Shown: one piece after another, positions 40,549 through 52,362 of the stretch | How positions within the stretch are numbered: position 1 is the stretch's first letter | How the letters are laid out: each line of letters starts with the position of its first letter | Assembly: GCA_965261595.1 (NCBI GenBank) | Contig: CBDHDG010000005.1 | Coordinates: forward strand, 672,001 to 736,000 | Length of the DNA stretch: 64,000 bases | From: a bacterium | Lineage (GTDB): Bacteria > UBA8248 > JACPRG01 > G963555815 | Direction: 5' to 3' | The notes under the pieces: model-generated | Seen by the model: only the letters and a program-made list of their open reading frames with translations | What the model was told of the DNA's origin: nothing | Database searches by the model: none | Program-made: the position numbers and the translations under genes

Positions 40549-40741
40549 AGCCTTTCGGCCGGATCCGATGGCCGGGAAGGGCGCGACCCGGCGCTGATTT
40601 TGTGTTGATGGAATTCGGGCGCGAAAGCCGCCCCGCCCGGTTGGAAGGCCGGCATGTTTCGTAAGCCGTCGGGCGAAAGAAGACGGCGGCCTGTCCGGAT
40701 GACCCGGATTCCCCGCTGAGATGCCGTATGGAGGAGAAGCC

Positions 40742-42340
40742 ATGGCTTCCTTTGAAGGTGTCATTGTAGGCGCCGGTCACAACAGCCTGACCTTTGGGGC
40801 TTATCTCGCCAAGGCGGGCGTGCGGATAGCCGTTGTGGAGCGAAACCCGGAGATCGGGGGTGGATGCACGACCGAGGAGGTGACGCTTCCGAAGTTTCGC
40901 CACAACCTCCACTCCAATTTCTACATCGGAATCGAGGACGCTCCCCTCCACGAGGACCTTGAGCTCCACCGGTACGGGTTCCGTCACATCATCCCTCCGG
41001 TCCAGAACGCCGCGGTGTTCAGGGACGGGACCTCGGTCATCATTCACCGGGACATCGAGAAGACCTGCGAGTCCTTCGCCCGCTTCTCGAAGAAGGACGC
41101 CGAGACCTTCCGGACCCTTCACGACCGGTACGCCGTGAGGATGAGGGGCGTCATCAACTCACTTCTCTATTCCCAGCCGATGCCGCCCGACGAGCTCCGG
41201 GACCGGATTCGGGGGGAAGAGGGGGCGGAATTTCTGGCCTACGCCGGTTTGTCCATGAACGAAGCGGTCGACCGGCATTTCGAAGAGGAGCGCATCCGCG
41301 TCCTCTTCAAGCTCTACCTCCACGCCATCACCGTGGAAAACGTGCCGGGGACCGGTCTTTTTTTCCCGCTTGTGGTTTCGAACAGCACCCGGATCTCCCT
41401 GCCGGTCGGCGGCTCCCTCACCTTCCCCCTGGCGTTGGCCCGGATCATCGAGGAAAACGGCGGCAAGATCATCAAAGGCCGAACCGTCGAGCGGATTGTC
41501 GTCGAGGACGGCGAAGCCCGGGGGGTGGAGCTGGATGACGGGAGCGCCCTGGAGGCCACCCGCTTCGTGGCGAGCGGGATCGACGCCCCGCGGACGATCC
41601 GGATGGCCGGAGAGGAGCACTTCTCCGAGGACGTTGTCGGGAAGATCAGGAATTGGAAATGGGGGAGCCACAGCCTGCTGACCCTCCACCTGGCGCTGAA
41701 CGACGCCCCCCGGTATCTCTCCGAAGGGTTCGACCCGGACGTGAGCCGGGCCTACAACGTCTTTATCGGGGCGGAAAACAGCGGCGAGATCGATGTATGC
41801 ATGGACGAGATGAAGGAGGGACGGTTTCCCTCCCAACCCATGGGCAACGGGTCGTGCAACACCCTGTTCGATCCCGGTTACGCACCCGAGGGTAAACACC
41901 TGGCCTTCTGGTGGCCCTTTGCCCCCTACCACTTGAAGGATGGAGAGGGGGGAGGGCCGGAGGACTGGGACGCCCGGAAAACGGAGTATGCCGCGAGGGT
42001 TCTCGATGCCTGGCGACAGTACGCGCCCAACCTGACTGAAAAGAACGTTCTGGCCACCTTCCTCTTCACCCCCCTGGACATTTCCCGGAGAAACCTCAAC
42101 ATGGTTCAGGGGAGTGTTCGCATGGGTGCCTATTATCCCGATCAACTTGGATTCAACCGGCCTCACCCCGAGCTGTCTCATCACCGGACGCCGGTCAAGG
42201 GGCTGTTCCTGTGCGGCTCGAGCAATCACGGCGGCGGCGTGAACGGCGCCCCCGGGTACAATGCCGCCAACACCATCGCTCAGGATCTGGGGTTGAAGCG
42301 GTGGTGGACGCCGATGGCCCCCCCCGATTGGCGGGGTTGA
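40742..42340 (+). CDS. Phytoene-dehydrogenase-like FAD-dependent oxidoreductase
   Basis: VGAGHNSL, ERN..IGGG and RTPVKGLFLCGS..HGGG.V.GAPGYNAA. Confidence 0.88.
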   Translation: MASFEGVIVGAGHNSLTFGAYLAKAGVRIAVVERNPEIGGGCTTEEVTLPKFRHNLHSNFYIGIEDAPLHEDLELHRYGFRHIIPPVQNAAVFRDGTSVIIHRDIEKTCESFARFSKKDAETFRTLHDRYAVRMRGVINSLLYSQPMPPDELRDRIRGEEGAEFLAYAGLSMNEAVDRHFEEERIRVLFKLYLHAITVENVPGTGLFFPLVVSNSTRISLPVGGSLTFPLALARIIEENGGKIIKGRTVERIVVEDGEARGVELDDGSALEATRFVASGIDAPRTIRMAGEEHFSEDVVGKIRNWKWGSHSLLTLHLALNDAPRYLSEGFDPDVSRAYNVFIGAENSGEIDVCMDEMKEGRFPSQPMGNGSCNTLFDPGYAPEGKHLAFWWPFAPYHLKDGEGGGPEDWDARKTEYAARVLDAWRQYAPNLTEKNVLATFLFTPLDISRRNLNMVQGSVRMGAYYPDQLGFNRPHPELSHHRTPVKGLFLCGSSNHGGGVNGAPGYNAANTIAQDLGLKRWWTPMAPPDWRG

Positions 42341-42378
42341 GGGGGCTTCTCTGAAAGGCGAATCCAAAGGAGGTCGAG

Positions 42379-44678
42379 ATGAGGATCGATGAGGCGGGCG
42401 CCTCCCTGATCGGGAAGTCTCCCCCCCGGGCCGACGCCGTGGAGAAGGCCGTAGGCATGACCCGGTTCGGCGACGATGTCTCGCTTCCCGGAATGCTGTG
42501 GGGCCGCGCGCTGCGCAGCCCGGTGGCCAACGCCCGGATCCGCGAGTTGGATGTCCATGAGGCCAGAGGCCTCCCGGGCGTCCACGCCGTTCTCACGGCG
42601 GCGGACATCCCCGGCGTCAACCTGCGCGGGAACCTCCTGGGCGCCCGCGACGACCAGCCGGTTCTCGCCGATGACCGCGTCCGCGCGGTGGGGGATCCGG
42701 TGGCCCTTGTCGCGGCGGAGTCGATGGGCCTCGCCGAGGAGGCCCTTTCCCGCATTCGTGTCGGATACGAGCCGCTCCCCCTGGTCGAGGATCCGCTGAA
42801 GGCGGCGGCCGCTGACGCGCCCCGTGTGGACGAGCGCGGCAACCTGGTGGCGCACTATGGTTTTCAGCGGGGGGATGCCGAGGCGGGTTTCGCCCGGGCC
42901 GCGGCCGTCGTGGAGGAGACCTACCGCACCCAGTGCGTGGACCACGCCTACCTGGAGACGGCGGCGGGGACGGCGTGGCTCGATCCGGGCGGCGTGATCC
43001 ACATCCGGTGCGGCACCCAGATGATCAAGAACTTTCGGTTCGTCGCGCGGATCCTGGACCTGCCTCACAACCGGGTGCGTATCGAGTGCCCCGAGCTGGG
43101 CGGCGGGTTCGGCGGCAAAATCATGCTCACGATCGAGCCTTTTCTGGCCCTTCTCGTGAAGGCCACGGGCTTGCCGGTGCGGATGGCGCTCACGCGGGAG
43201 GAATCCATTCTCTCCTCCACGAAACGCCATCCCTATATCATGCGTTACAAAATCGGGGCCGAGGCCGACGGGCGGCTGACCGCCCTGGCGGCGGACATCG
43301 TCGGAGACGCGGGGGCGTACACCGATCTCAGCGCCGTGATCTGCAAGTACTCCATGGTCCAGGCCTCGGGCCCCTACCGCTGCCCCAACGTGCGGGTGGA
43401 TATGCGGATGGTTCACACCCACAACCCCACAGCCACCGCCATGCGCGGCGTGGGCTCCCCGCAGATCACATTCGCCCTGGAGGGTCTGATGGACACCCTG
43501 GCCGAGAGGCTGGGGCTGGACCCCATGGAGCTCCGCGCCCGGAATTACCTGTCCAAGGGCGAGGCCCTCGCCACGGGACAGCCGCTCAAGCGCGACGTCC
43601 GCCTGGCCCAGACCCTCGATGAGGCCCAACGGGCGCTCGAGAAGGCGGTGTCCGGTGACGGGGGGGCGCTCGAAGAGGGGGGTTCAAACGGCCTTCGTCG
43701 GGCAACGGGCTTCGCCTCGAACATGACCGGCTACGGGCGTCATGGGACCGTGGCGCAGGCCCACGTCGGCGTGCAGATGGACGGCAGCGCCGTTGTCTCG
43801 GCGGGGGCGCCCGACCTGGGAGCGGGGCAGGGAGGAAGCTACACGCAGCTTGCCGCCTCATTGCTCGGGCTCCCCATCGACCGGGTGACCGTGCTCCTGT
43901 CCGACTCGCACACCACCCCCCTGGTGGGAATGACGGCCGGCAGCCGGCAGTTTCTCAACACCGGCGGCGCAATCCAATGCGCGGCGGAGCCCATTGTCCG
44001 CGTCATGAAGGAGGCGGCGGCCGGCCTCCTCGAGGCCCGGGCGGAGGACATCATTCTGTCAGATGGCAGGGCCTTCGTGCGCGGGGCGCCGGAGCAAGCC
44101 GTTTCCCATGCCCAGGTTGTTGCCGCGTGCGCCGCCGCGGGGGCCGCCCTCACGAACCTGGGCACCTTCACCATCGGCACCGAGCCCTATCCGGGCTCCG
44201 ACACGGCCCACGAGGCCGGCTGGGTGGATTACACCTTCGGCGGGGCGGCGGCCGAGGTTTCGGTCGATCCCGGAACCGGGAAGGTCACGCTTCACGGCCT
44301 CGGCGTCTCCCACGACGTTGGAACCGCGGTCAACCCGCAGACCGTCGCGGGCCAATTCGAGGGGGGGCCTCCTACGGGATGGGGCTTGCCCTGTTCGAGG
44401 ACTGCTGCGTGCGGGACGGCAAGGCCGAGGCCCATGATTTCGCCGGGTACATCCTTTCCACCCCCGTGGACGCCCCCGCGATCGGAACGGCCATCGTCGA
44501 GTCCGGCGAGGGCGCGGGACCTTTCGGGGCGCGGGGCATCGGTGAGGCGGCGAACAACACCTCCGCCGCCGCCATAGCAAATGCCGTCTCCCGCGCCATC
44601 GGGGTTCGCGTCACCTCGCTTCCCATCCTTCCTGAAAAAGTCCTCTCAGCCTTGAGGACGGGCCGTTGGCCGGGTTAG
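42379..44678 (+). pseudogene. Second xanthine dehydrogenase-family Mo-binding subunit, frameshifted in the G7 run at 44361-44367
   Basis: LGGGFGGK, AMRGVG and DLGAG. The C-terminal GPFGARGIGE...AIANAV lies in the shifted frame. A homopolymer sequencing error is plausible. Confidence 0.8.
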
Positions 44679-44681
44679 CGC

Positions 44682-46622
44682 ATGACAGCGAGCGGAATCA
44701 TCTGGGAGCCGACGGAAGACTTTCTCACGGCCAGCAATGTCGCGCGCCTCATGAACCGCCTCGGCATCGACGACCCGAAGGAGCTGATCCGGCGCTCCGC
44801 CGAGGACAACGAGTGGTTCTGGGAGGCCATCCTCGAGGACATGGGAATCTCCTGGAGCCGCAAATACGACCGGCTCCTCGACCTGTCCGGCGGGTTTCCC
44901 TGGGCCAAGTGGTTTGTCGGGGGGGAGATCAACATTATCCACAATTGCATCGATCGTCACGCGCGGGGAGGCGGCCGGGACAGGACGGCTTTCATCTGGG
45001 AGGGCGACGACGGGGCCGTGCGGCGCTTGAGCTATGGAGAGGTCTCGGAGGAGGTCTCCCGACTGGCCAACGCCATGAAGGGCGCGGGCTTGGGTCCGGG
45101 GGACGCGGCGGGCATCTACATGCCCATGGTCCCGGAAACCGTCTTCGCCATGTTCGCCTGTTTCAAGATCGGCGTGGCGGCCATTCCGATTTTCTCCGCC
45201 TTCGGCGCCGTCTCCCTGGCCGAGAGGTTGCGGGACTCCGGGGCCAAGCTGCTTTTTACGGCGGATTACGGAATCCGGCGCGGCAAGGCGGTTGAGATCA
45301 GGCCCCGGGCGGTCGAGGCCGTCGCCGAGGCCGGGTGCGTTGAGCACGTGGTGGTCTGGAGCCGGGAAGGAAAACCCTTCCATCCGATGCGCGACGGGGA
45401 GGTTTCCTGGGACACGTTCGTGGCGGGCCGGTCCGCGGAATGCGAGACCCTCCCCCTGCCGGCCGAATCCACGGCTCTCATCCTCTACACCTCCGGAACC
45501 ACGGGCCGGCCCAAGGGAACCGTCCACACCCACGCCGGCTGCCTCGTTGAGATGACCAACAACGTCTATTACGCGTGCGATCTGCGGGATTCGGACATCT
45601 TTTTCTGGTTCACCGACATCGGCTGGATGATGGGGCCTTGGGAGATGATCGGCGTTCAGTGCATGGGAGGGACCTACCTCATTTACGAAGGCGTCCCCAA
45701 TCACCCCCGGCCGGACCGGCTGTGGGAGGTGGTGGTCCGGCACGGCGTGACGACGCTGGGCATCTCGCCCACCGCCGTCCGTCTTCTGCGGAGCGCGGGG
45801 GATGCGTGGGTCGACAAGCACGACCTTTCGACGCTGCGGATCCTGGGCTCCACCGGCGATCCCTGGGACCCGGAATCCTACATGTGGTTCTTCGAGAAGG
45901 TCGGCGGCGGAAGGTGTCCGGTCATCAATTGCTCGGGTGGGACGGAGCTGGTGGGCTGCCTTCTGTCGCCCTTGCCCGTTTTGCCCTCGAAGGCCTGCTC
46001 CCTGGGCGGCCCGGCGCTCGGCAAGGACGTGGACGTCTATGACGATGAAGGCCGCCCGGTGCGCGGGGGAATCGGCCACCTCGTCTGCAAAAAACCCTTC
46101 CCCTCGATGACCAAGGGTTTTCTGAACGACCCGGATCGATACCTGGAGACCTACTTCTCACGGTGGCCCGGCGTCTGGTATCACGGCGACTGGGCCATGG
46201 TGGACGACGACGGCTACTGGTATCTGTACGGGCGCTCGGACGATACGATCATGGTGGCCGGAAAACGGGTCGGGCCGGCCGAGGTGGAATCCGCGCTTTT
46301 GCGGAACCCGGCGGTGATGGAGGCCGCGGCGATCGGGGTTCCCCACGACCTGAAGGGCGAGGCCGTCGTGGCCTTTGCGGTGCTGTCCCCCGACGTCGAG
46401 CCCGCCGAAGCGTTGCGCTCGGCGCTTGTTCAGGGGGTCATTGATGTGCTCGGCAAGGCGCTGGTCCCGGACGCCGTCCTGTTCGTGGACGCCATCCCGA
46501 AGACCCGATCGGCGAAGATCCTTCGCGGCTCCATTCGCCGGGCCTATCTGGGCGAATCGGTCGGAGATGTCTCCAGCGTGGAAAACCCCGAAGCCTTTGA
46601 AGCCATCGCCAACGCCCGCTGA
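44682..46622 (+). CDS. Acetyl-CoA-synthetase-like AMP-dependent acyl-CoA ligase
   Basis: YTSGTTGRPKG, SGGTE, WYHGD, GRSDDTI.VAGKR and PKTRSAKI.R. Confidence 0.9.
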   Translation: MTASGIIWEPTEDFLTASNVARLMNRLGIDDPKELIRRSAEDNEWFWEAILEDMGISWSRKYDRLLDLSGGFPWAKWFVGGEINIIHNCIDRHARGGGRDRTAFIWEGDDGAVRRLSYGEVSEEVSRLANAMKGAGLGPGDAAGIYMPMVPETVFAMFACFKIGVAAIPIFSAFGAVSLAERLRDSGAKLLFTADYGIRRGKAVEIRPRAVEAVAEAGCVEHVVVWSREGKPFHPMRDGEVSWDTFVAGRSAECETLPLPAESTALILYTSGTTGRPKGTVHTHAGCLVEMTNNVYYACDLRDSDIFFWFTDIGWMMGPWEMIGVQCMGGTYLIYEGVPNHPRPDRLWEVVVRHGVTTLGISPTAVRLLRSAGDAWVDKHDLSTLRILGSTGDPWDPESYMWFFEKVGGGRCPVINCSGGTELVGCLLSPLPVLPSKACSLGGPALGKDVDVYDDEGRPVRGGIGHLVCKKPFPSMTKGFLNDPDRYLETYFSRWPGVWYHGDWAMVDDDGYWYLYGRSDDTIMVAGKRVGPAEVESALLRNPAVMEAAAIGVPHDLKGEAVVAFAVLSPDVEPAEALRSALVQGVIDVLGKALVPDAVLFVDAIPKTRSAKILRGSIRRAYLGESVGDVSSVENPEAFEAIANAR

Positions 46623-46723
46623 TGAAGGACGGACCGGCTCTTTCGAGGGGCGAGGCCTCTGACTCGGGGGGGGCGGCGCGTCTCCGATTCGGTTCGCCGG
46701 CTCGGAAAGCCCTGAATCGGGCT

Positions 46724-47371
46724 TTACGCTGTTACGATGCCTTGGCGGATGGCGTACCGGACGAGCTGCTGAACATTGTGGAAGTTCAACTTTTTCATCA
46801 AATTGTACCGATGGGCGTTGACCGTCTTGACGCTGATGGCCAGCTCGGAAGCGGTTTGCAGGTTGCTTCGGCCCTCCGCGATCAGGCGGAGAACCTCCCT
46901 CTCCCGTTTTGTCAAGACATCGCTCTCTCTCTCCCGGGGGGGAGCGGAATCCTCCTCCAGGATTTCGAACACCGCCTGCTCCACCACCTCGGAGAGGTAC
47001 CGGACGCCTTCGGCGACACGCCGAATGGCCTCCTTGAGGACGGTTTCCGAATTGTCCTTGAGGACATAGCCGGACACACCCAACCGCATCGCCTTCTGGA
47101 TGGTCTCTCGGTCCGAATACATCGTAAGCACCAGGATCTTGGCCTCGGGCATCTGCTTGCGAATCTGCCGGATGGCCTCGAACCCGTCGACTTTCGGCAT
47201 GACCAAGTCCATCAGGACAACATCGGGCTGAAGCCGTGTGGTTTCAGCCAATGCTTCCGCGCCGTCGCTCGCCTCGCCCACAACCTGGATCTCAGGGTCG
47301 CGATTCAGGCAGACGGACATCGCCTGCCTGAACATGACATGGTCATCTACAATTAACGTTTTGATTTCGAT
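46724..47371 (-). CDS. NarL/LuxR-family response regulator
   Basis: REC domain (IKTLIVDDH, PDVVLMDL, GYVLK) plus HTH (LTKREREVL, ISVKTV..HR.NLMKKL). The REC N-terminus extends upstream of the ORF-track ATG to an ATC codon preceded by GGAGG. Confidence 0.88.
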   Translation of the reverse strand: MEIKTLIVDDHVMFRQAMSVCLNRDPEIQVVGEASDGAEALAETTRLQPDVVLMDLVMPKVDGFEAIRQIRKQMPEAKILVLTMYSDRETIQKAMRLGVSGYVLKDNSETVLKEAIRRVAEGVRYLSEVVEQAVFEILEEDSAPPRERESDVLTKREREVLRLIAEGRSNLQTASELAISVKTVNAHRYNLMKKLNFHNVQQLVRYAIRQGIVTA

Positions 47372-47548
47372 GGCTCACCTCCGAATCACGATATCAGAAT
47401 TTTCGAGTCAGTCCCTCACCATGATGCGGGGTTGCCATACCCAAAAAATACCGAGCGGTTTCGCGGATAGCAAGTCCGGAATTGTAAAAACCGCCTTGAC
47501 AAACAACCGCACGCATCCGGCGAGACGAAGACAATATTAAGGTGAATT

Positions 47549-48952
47549 TCCCCCGCTCTAGGGTTTTGTTGGACACTCGATTGATCCATGATTCATGGAG
47601 AAAGGGGTGTCGCGATGAACGAACAAAAGCAAGAGGGGGCTTTGGCGGAGGGCGCCCGCAGGGCGAACGGAGCCAAGGCCCCAGGGCATCGCAGTGAGCG
47701 GGGTCGGTTCTCCTGCCAGCGCAAGCGGGAGGCGGTCCTGCGTCTTTTGCGGGGCGAGAGCCTGGAGACGCTCTGCCGCGAGTTGGGCACGACAGCGGCT
47801 CGGCTTTCCGCCTGGCGCGAGGCGTTCCTTCGCGGGGGCGAGGCGGCGCTCAAAGCCCGCCCGGCGGATGAGCGGGACGAGGAGAACGCCCGGCTCAAGG
47901 CCAAGGTGGGCGAACTCACGATGGAGGGCGAGGTCCTGCGGGAGAAGATCGACCGCCTGGAGGCCGGCCGCCCTTTAGCCGGCAGGAGGTGGAGGCGATG
48001 AGTCAGGCCCGCTTCACCTCCACGGGCAGAGCCTACGGCCTGAAGCGGGTGTGCGCCCTTTGGGGCTTGGCGCGCTCCACGGTCTACGCGCAACGGCGGC
48101 AAGAGGCGGTCCCCGTTCATGAACGCCCCACGCCCAATAAGCGCGGCCCTGTGGGCCCGTGCACCGATGCGGAACTCCTCGGCCACATCCGGCAGGTCCT
48201 GGAGGACTCTCCCTTCCATGGCGAGGGCTACCGCAAGGTGTGGGCGAGGCTGCGCTTCGCGGGCATCCGCACCAGCAAGGAGCGGGTGCGTCGCCTGATG
48301 CGGGAGGCGGGGCTTCAGGCCCCCCACCGGGTGGGCAAACCCCGAGGTCCCAAGGCCCACAACGGGACCATCCGCACCGAGCGGCCCGACCGAATGTGGG
48401 GCACGCACATGACGACGACGGTGACCACCGAGGAGGGGATGGCCTCGGTGTTCGTGGCGGTGGATCACTGCTCGGTGGACTGCGTGGGGATCCATGCGGC
48501 CAAGAGCGGCAACCGCTTCGAGGCCCTGGAGCCGATCCGGCAGGGGGTCGCCGAGCGCTTCGCCGGCTTGGAGGCGGACGTCGCCGAGGGGCTTAAAGTT
48601 CGTCATGACCACGGCCCCGCCTATCTGTCCGATGACTTTCAGCGGGAGATCGCCTACCTGGGCATGACCAGTTCGCCCAGCTTCGTGCGGGCGCCCGAGG
48701 GAAATGGCTACTGTGAGTGGTTCATCCGCATCTTGAAGGAGAATCTCCTGTGGGTGCGCTCTTTCGCCACCGTAGAGGAACTGCGGTGGGCGCTGCTTGA
48801 GTTCAAGAACCTGTATAACCATCATTGGATTCTCGAGGGCTACGGCTACCGAACGCCGGCCCAGGCAAGGCAGGAAAAACTCGCTCAAGTTGCGGAGGCC
48901 GCATGAGGTCGAATACCCTCACCCGAGTGTCCAATAACCCAGGCGCGGTCAA
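47549..48952 (+). mobile_element. IS3-family element, copy 3 (1404 bp; TSD AATT)
   Basis: Intact orfA. orfB has WGTHMT (catalytic Asp to His). The right end is altered (GGCGCGGTCAA). AATT at 47545-47548 and 48953-48956. Confidence 0.9.
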
Positions 48953-49034
48953 AATTAATTATATCCCATCATTAATATACCACATGCATGCGCGTAATTC
49001 AACCAAATATACCCCAATTACCAGTAGACGTAAT

Positions 49035-50438
49035 TCCCCCGCTCTAGGGTTTTGTTGGACACTCGATTGATCCATGATTCATGGAGAAAGGGGTGTCGCG
49101 ATGAACGAACAAAAGCAAGAGGGGGCTTTGGCGGAGGGCGCCCGCAGGGCGAACGGAGCCAAGGCCCCAGGGCATCGCAGTGAGCGGGGTCGGTTCTCCT
49201 GCCAGCGCAAGCGGGAGGCGGTCCTGCGTCTTTTGCGGGGCGAGAGCCTGGAGACGCTCTGCCGCGAGTTGGGCACGACAGCGGCTCGGCTTTCCGCCTG
49301 GCGCGAGGCGTTCCTTCGCGGGGGCGAGGCGGCGCTCAAAGCCCGCCCGGCGGATGAGCGGGACGAGGAGAACGCCCGGCTCAAGGCCAAGGTGGGCGAA
49401 CTCACGATGGAGGGCGAGGTCCTGCGGGAGAAGATCGACCGCCTGGAGGCCGGCCGCCCTTTAGCCGGCAGGAGGTGGAGGCGATGAGTCAGGCCCGCTT
49501 CACCTCCACGGGCAGAGCCTACGGCCTGAAGCGGGTGTGCGCCCTTTGGGGCTTGGCGCGCTCCACGGTCTACGCGCAACGGCGGCGAGAGGCGGTCCCC
49601 GTTCATGAACGCCCCACGCCCAATAAGCGCGGCCCTGTGGGCCCGTGCACCGATGCGGAACTCCTCGGCCACATCCGGCAGGTCCTGGAGGACTCTCCCT
49701 TCCATGGCGAGGGCTACCGCAAGGTGTGGGCGAGGCTGCGCTTCGCGGGCATCCGCACCAGCAAGGAGCGGATGCGTCGCCTGATGCGGGAGGCGGGGCT
49801 TCAGGCCCCCCACCGGGTGGGCAAACCCCGAGGTCCCAAGGCCCACAACGGGACCATCCGCACCGAGCGGCCCGACCGAATGTGGGGCACGGACATGACG
49901 ACGACGGTGACCACCGAGGAGGGGATGGCCTCGGTGTTCGTGGCGGTGGATCACTGCTCGGTGGACTGCGTGGGGATCCATGCGGCCAAGAGCGGCAACC
50001 GCTTCGAGGCCCTGGAGCCGATCCGGCAGGGGGTCGCCGAGCGCTTCGCCGGCTTGGAGGCGGACGTCGCCGAGGGGCTTAAAGTTCGTCACGACCACGG
50101 CCCCGCCTATCTGTCCGATGACTTTCAGCGGGAGATCGCCTACCTGGGCATGACCAGTTCGCCCAGCTTCGTGCGGGCGCCCGAGGGAAATGGCTACTGT
50201 GAGTGGTTTATCCGCATCTTGAAGGAGAATCTCCTGTGGGTGCGCTCTTTCGCCACCGTAGAGGAACTGCGGTGGGCGCTGCTTGAGTTCAAGAACCTGT
50301 ATAACCATCATTGGATTCTCGAGGGCTACGGCTACCGAACGCCGGCCCAGGCAAGGCAGGAAAAACTCGCTCAAGTTGCGGAGGCCGCATGAGGTCGAAT
50401 ACCCTCACCCGAGTGTCCAATAACCCAGGGGCGGTCCA
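49035..50438 (+). mobile_element. IS3-family element, copy 4 (1404 bp; no TSD)
   Basis: Intact orfA and orfB. Flanks are TAAT and GATG, which do not match. It truncates hsdM. Confidence 0.9.
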
Positions 50439-52362
50439 GATGAGCGTGTGGTGCCAGCCGGTGGAGACGATGGTTTTGAGGTCGTAGCGGATCTGCTGCC
50501 ACCAGTTGACGAAGACGCCGGCACTCTTGAACTCGTCGAGCACGCCCAACGGCACGAGCTTGGCCTTGAGGGTGGTGAGCAGCTCGTGGCGGACCTCGGG
50601 CATCTTCTTGCCGCCGTTGCCCGCATGCTGGAGCTGGGCGAAGTCGTCCCTGGCAACCGCCCACCAGGATTCGAGGGCGTCGTGGTGCCGGGTGAGAGTG
50701 CCCAGCAGCGCCGGGGCCGCTTCGAGCGTGGCCTTGATGGCGGGCCTGGCGTCGATGAACTCGCGAAAGGCGAGGTAGGCGGGACGCTCGGGCTCGAAGA
50801 GTGAATCCGGGTTAACGCCGAACTTGGCGAAGTCGTCCGTGAGCGCAGCGACCTCCACCTCCGGGATTCCGCCGATGAGGTGCGCCTGGACATCCTCCGG
50901 CTCGGGGTTGGGCGTGTTGTCCACGTAGCGGCGGATGTTGAGGTTGTAGTCGTGGGTGTCCACGATCTCGGACTTAGGCACGAGGCGCGAGTGCTTGGGC
51001 AGCTCGCGCTTGTGGGTGAAGACGAAATCGATCTTCTCGATGTCCTCGGGGCGAAGCCGGTTCTGATTCTTGCCCTCTGCGTATTCGCGATCGGCGTTGA
51101 TGAAGAGGACCTTGTCCTTGAGTGCGTCGGGCTTGCTCTTGTTGCAGACCAGCACGCAGGCGGGGATGCCCGTGCCGTAGAAGAGGCCGGGCGGCAGGCT
51201 GACGATGGCCTCGATGCAGTCGTCATTGATGAAGAGCTCGCGGATGAGCTTTTCCTTACCACCACGGAACAGGACCCCGTGCGGCATGATCGTCGCCATC
51301 CGGCCGTTGGACTTGAGGCTGGCGAGCATGTGCTGCACGAACATGAGGTCCGCCTTCTTGCCGGACTCCGGGCACCACTCGCGGAAGCGACTGGTGAACT
51401 TCATGCCGGCGCGGCTGTAGTTCTGCGAGAATGGCGGGTTGGCGAGCACCCGGTCGAACTTGCGGATCTGGCCGTTGTCGAGCATGAGCGGGTCCTCCAG
51501 CGTGTCACCGTTCTCGATCGTGGATCGGGTGATATTGTGGAGGATCATGTTCATGATGCAGATAGGACCAGACCGTTCCGTTGGAGTCCTGGCCGTAGAG
51601 GGCGAGGTCGTCGGCGTTCTGGCCCTGCTCTTCCGCGTACTGGTGGGACTGAATGAGGAAGCCGCCGGAGCCGACCGTAGGGTCGTAGATGGTGTTGCCG
51701 GCCTCCGGCTGGGTGAGCTGGACGAGCAGGCGGACGACCTCGCCCGGGGTATAGAACTCACCGCCCTTCTTGCCGGCGCTGTCGGCGAAGAACTTGATGA
51801 GGTACTCGTAGGCGGCGCCGAGCAGGTCGGGGAACTCGAAGTTGTCGTTGACGAGGACGAACCCGGGCTGGCTGAAGTGGTCGAGCAGATCTTTCCACTT
51901 TTGGTCCGGGATCTTGGTCCTGCCCTTCACCGCGTTGAAGTCGATGTTGTTCTTCAGCACACCGGCGAGTGCATCGTTCTCGTCTTCGATGGCAGCGATG
52001 GCCTTATTGAGCATGTTGCCGATGTCGTGCTTTAGGTCCTTCAGGGCTGGCACGAGATCGCCGTTATCGTCCTTCCAGGGCTCGTGCCAGCGGGCTCTGA
52101 CAGGGACAAAGAAAGTCTCGCCGTAGGATGTCTTGTCTTCGAGCAACTCGGCGACGAGATCCGGCTGGTCTTTGAAGTGTGCGAAGGTCTTCTTGTGGAG
52201 CTGCTCGCGTTTGCGGTCGAACTCGTCGGAAAGCCGCTTCAGGAACAGCATGCCGAAGATGAACTCCTTGAATTCCGAGGCGTCCATCTTGCCGCGCAGG
52301 ATGTCGGCGGCCTTCAGGAGGAAGGACTCGAGCTGGGCGAGGGTGATTTTCCCTTGTTTCAT
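50439..52362 (-). pseudogene. hsdM: Type I restriction-modification methyltransferase M subunit, frameshifted (~51564) and 3'-truncated by IS3 copy 4
   Basis: [54 protein letters not shown] and PHGVLFRGG. Confidence 0.9.
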
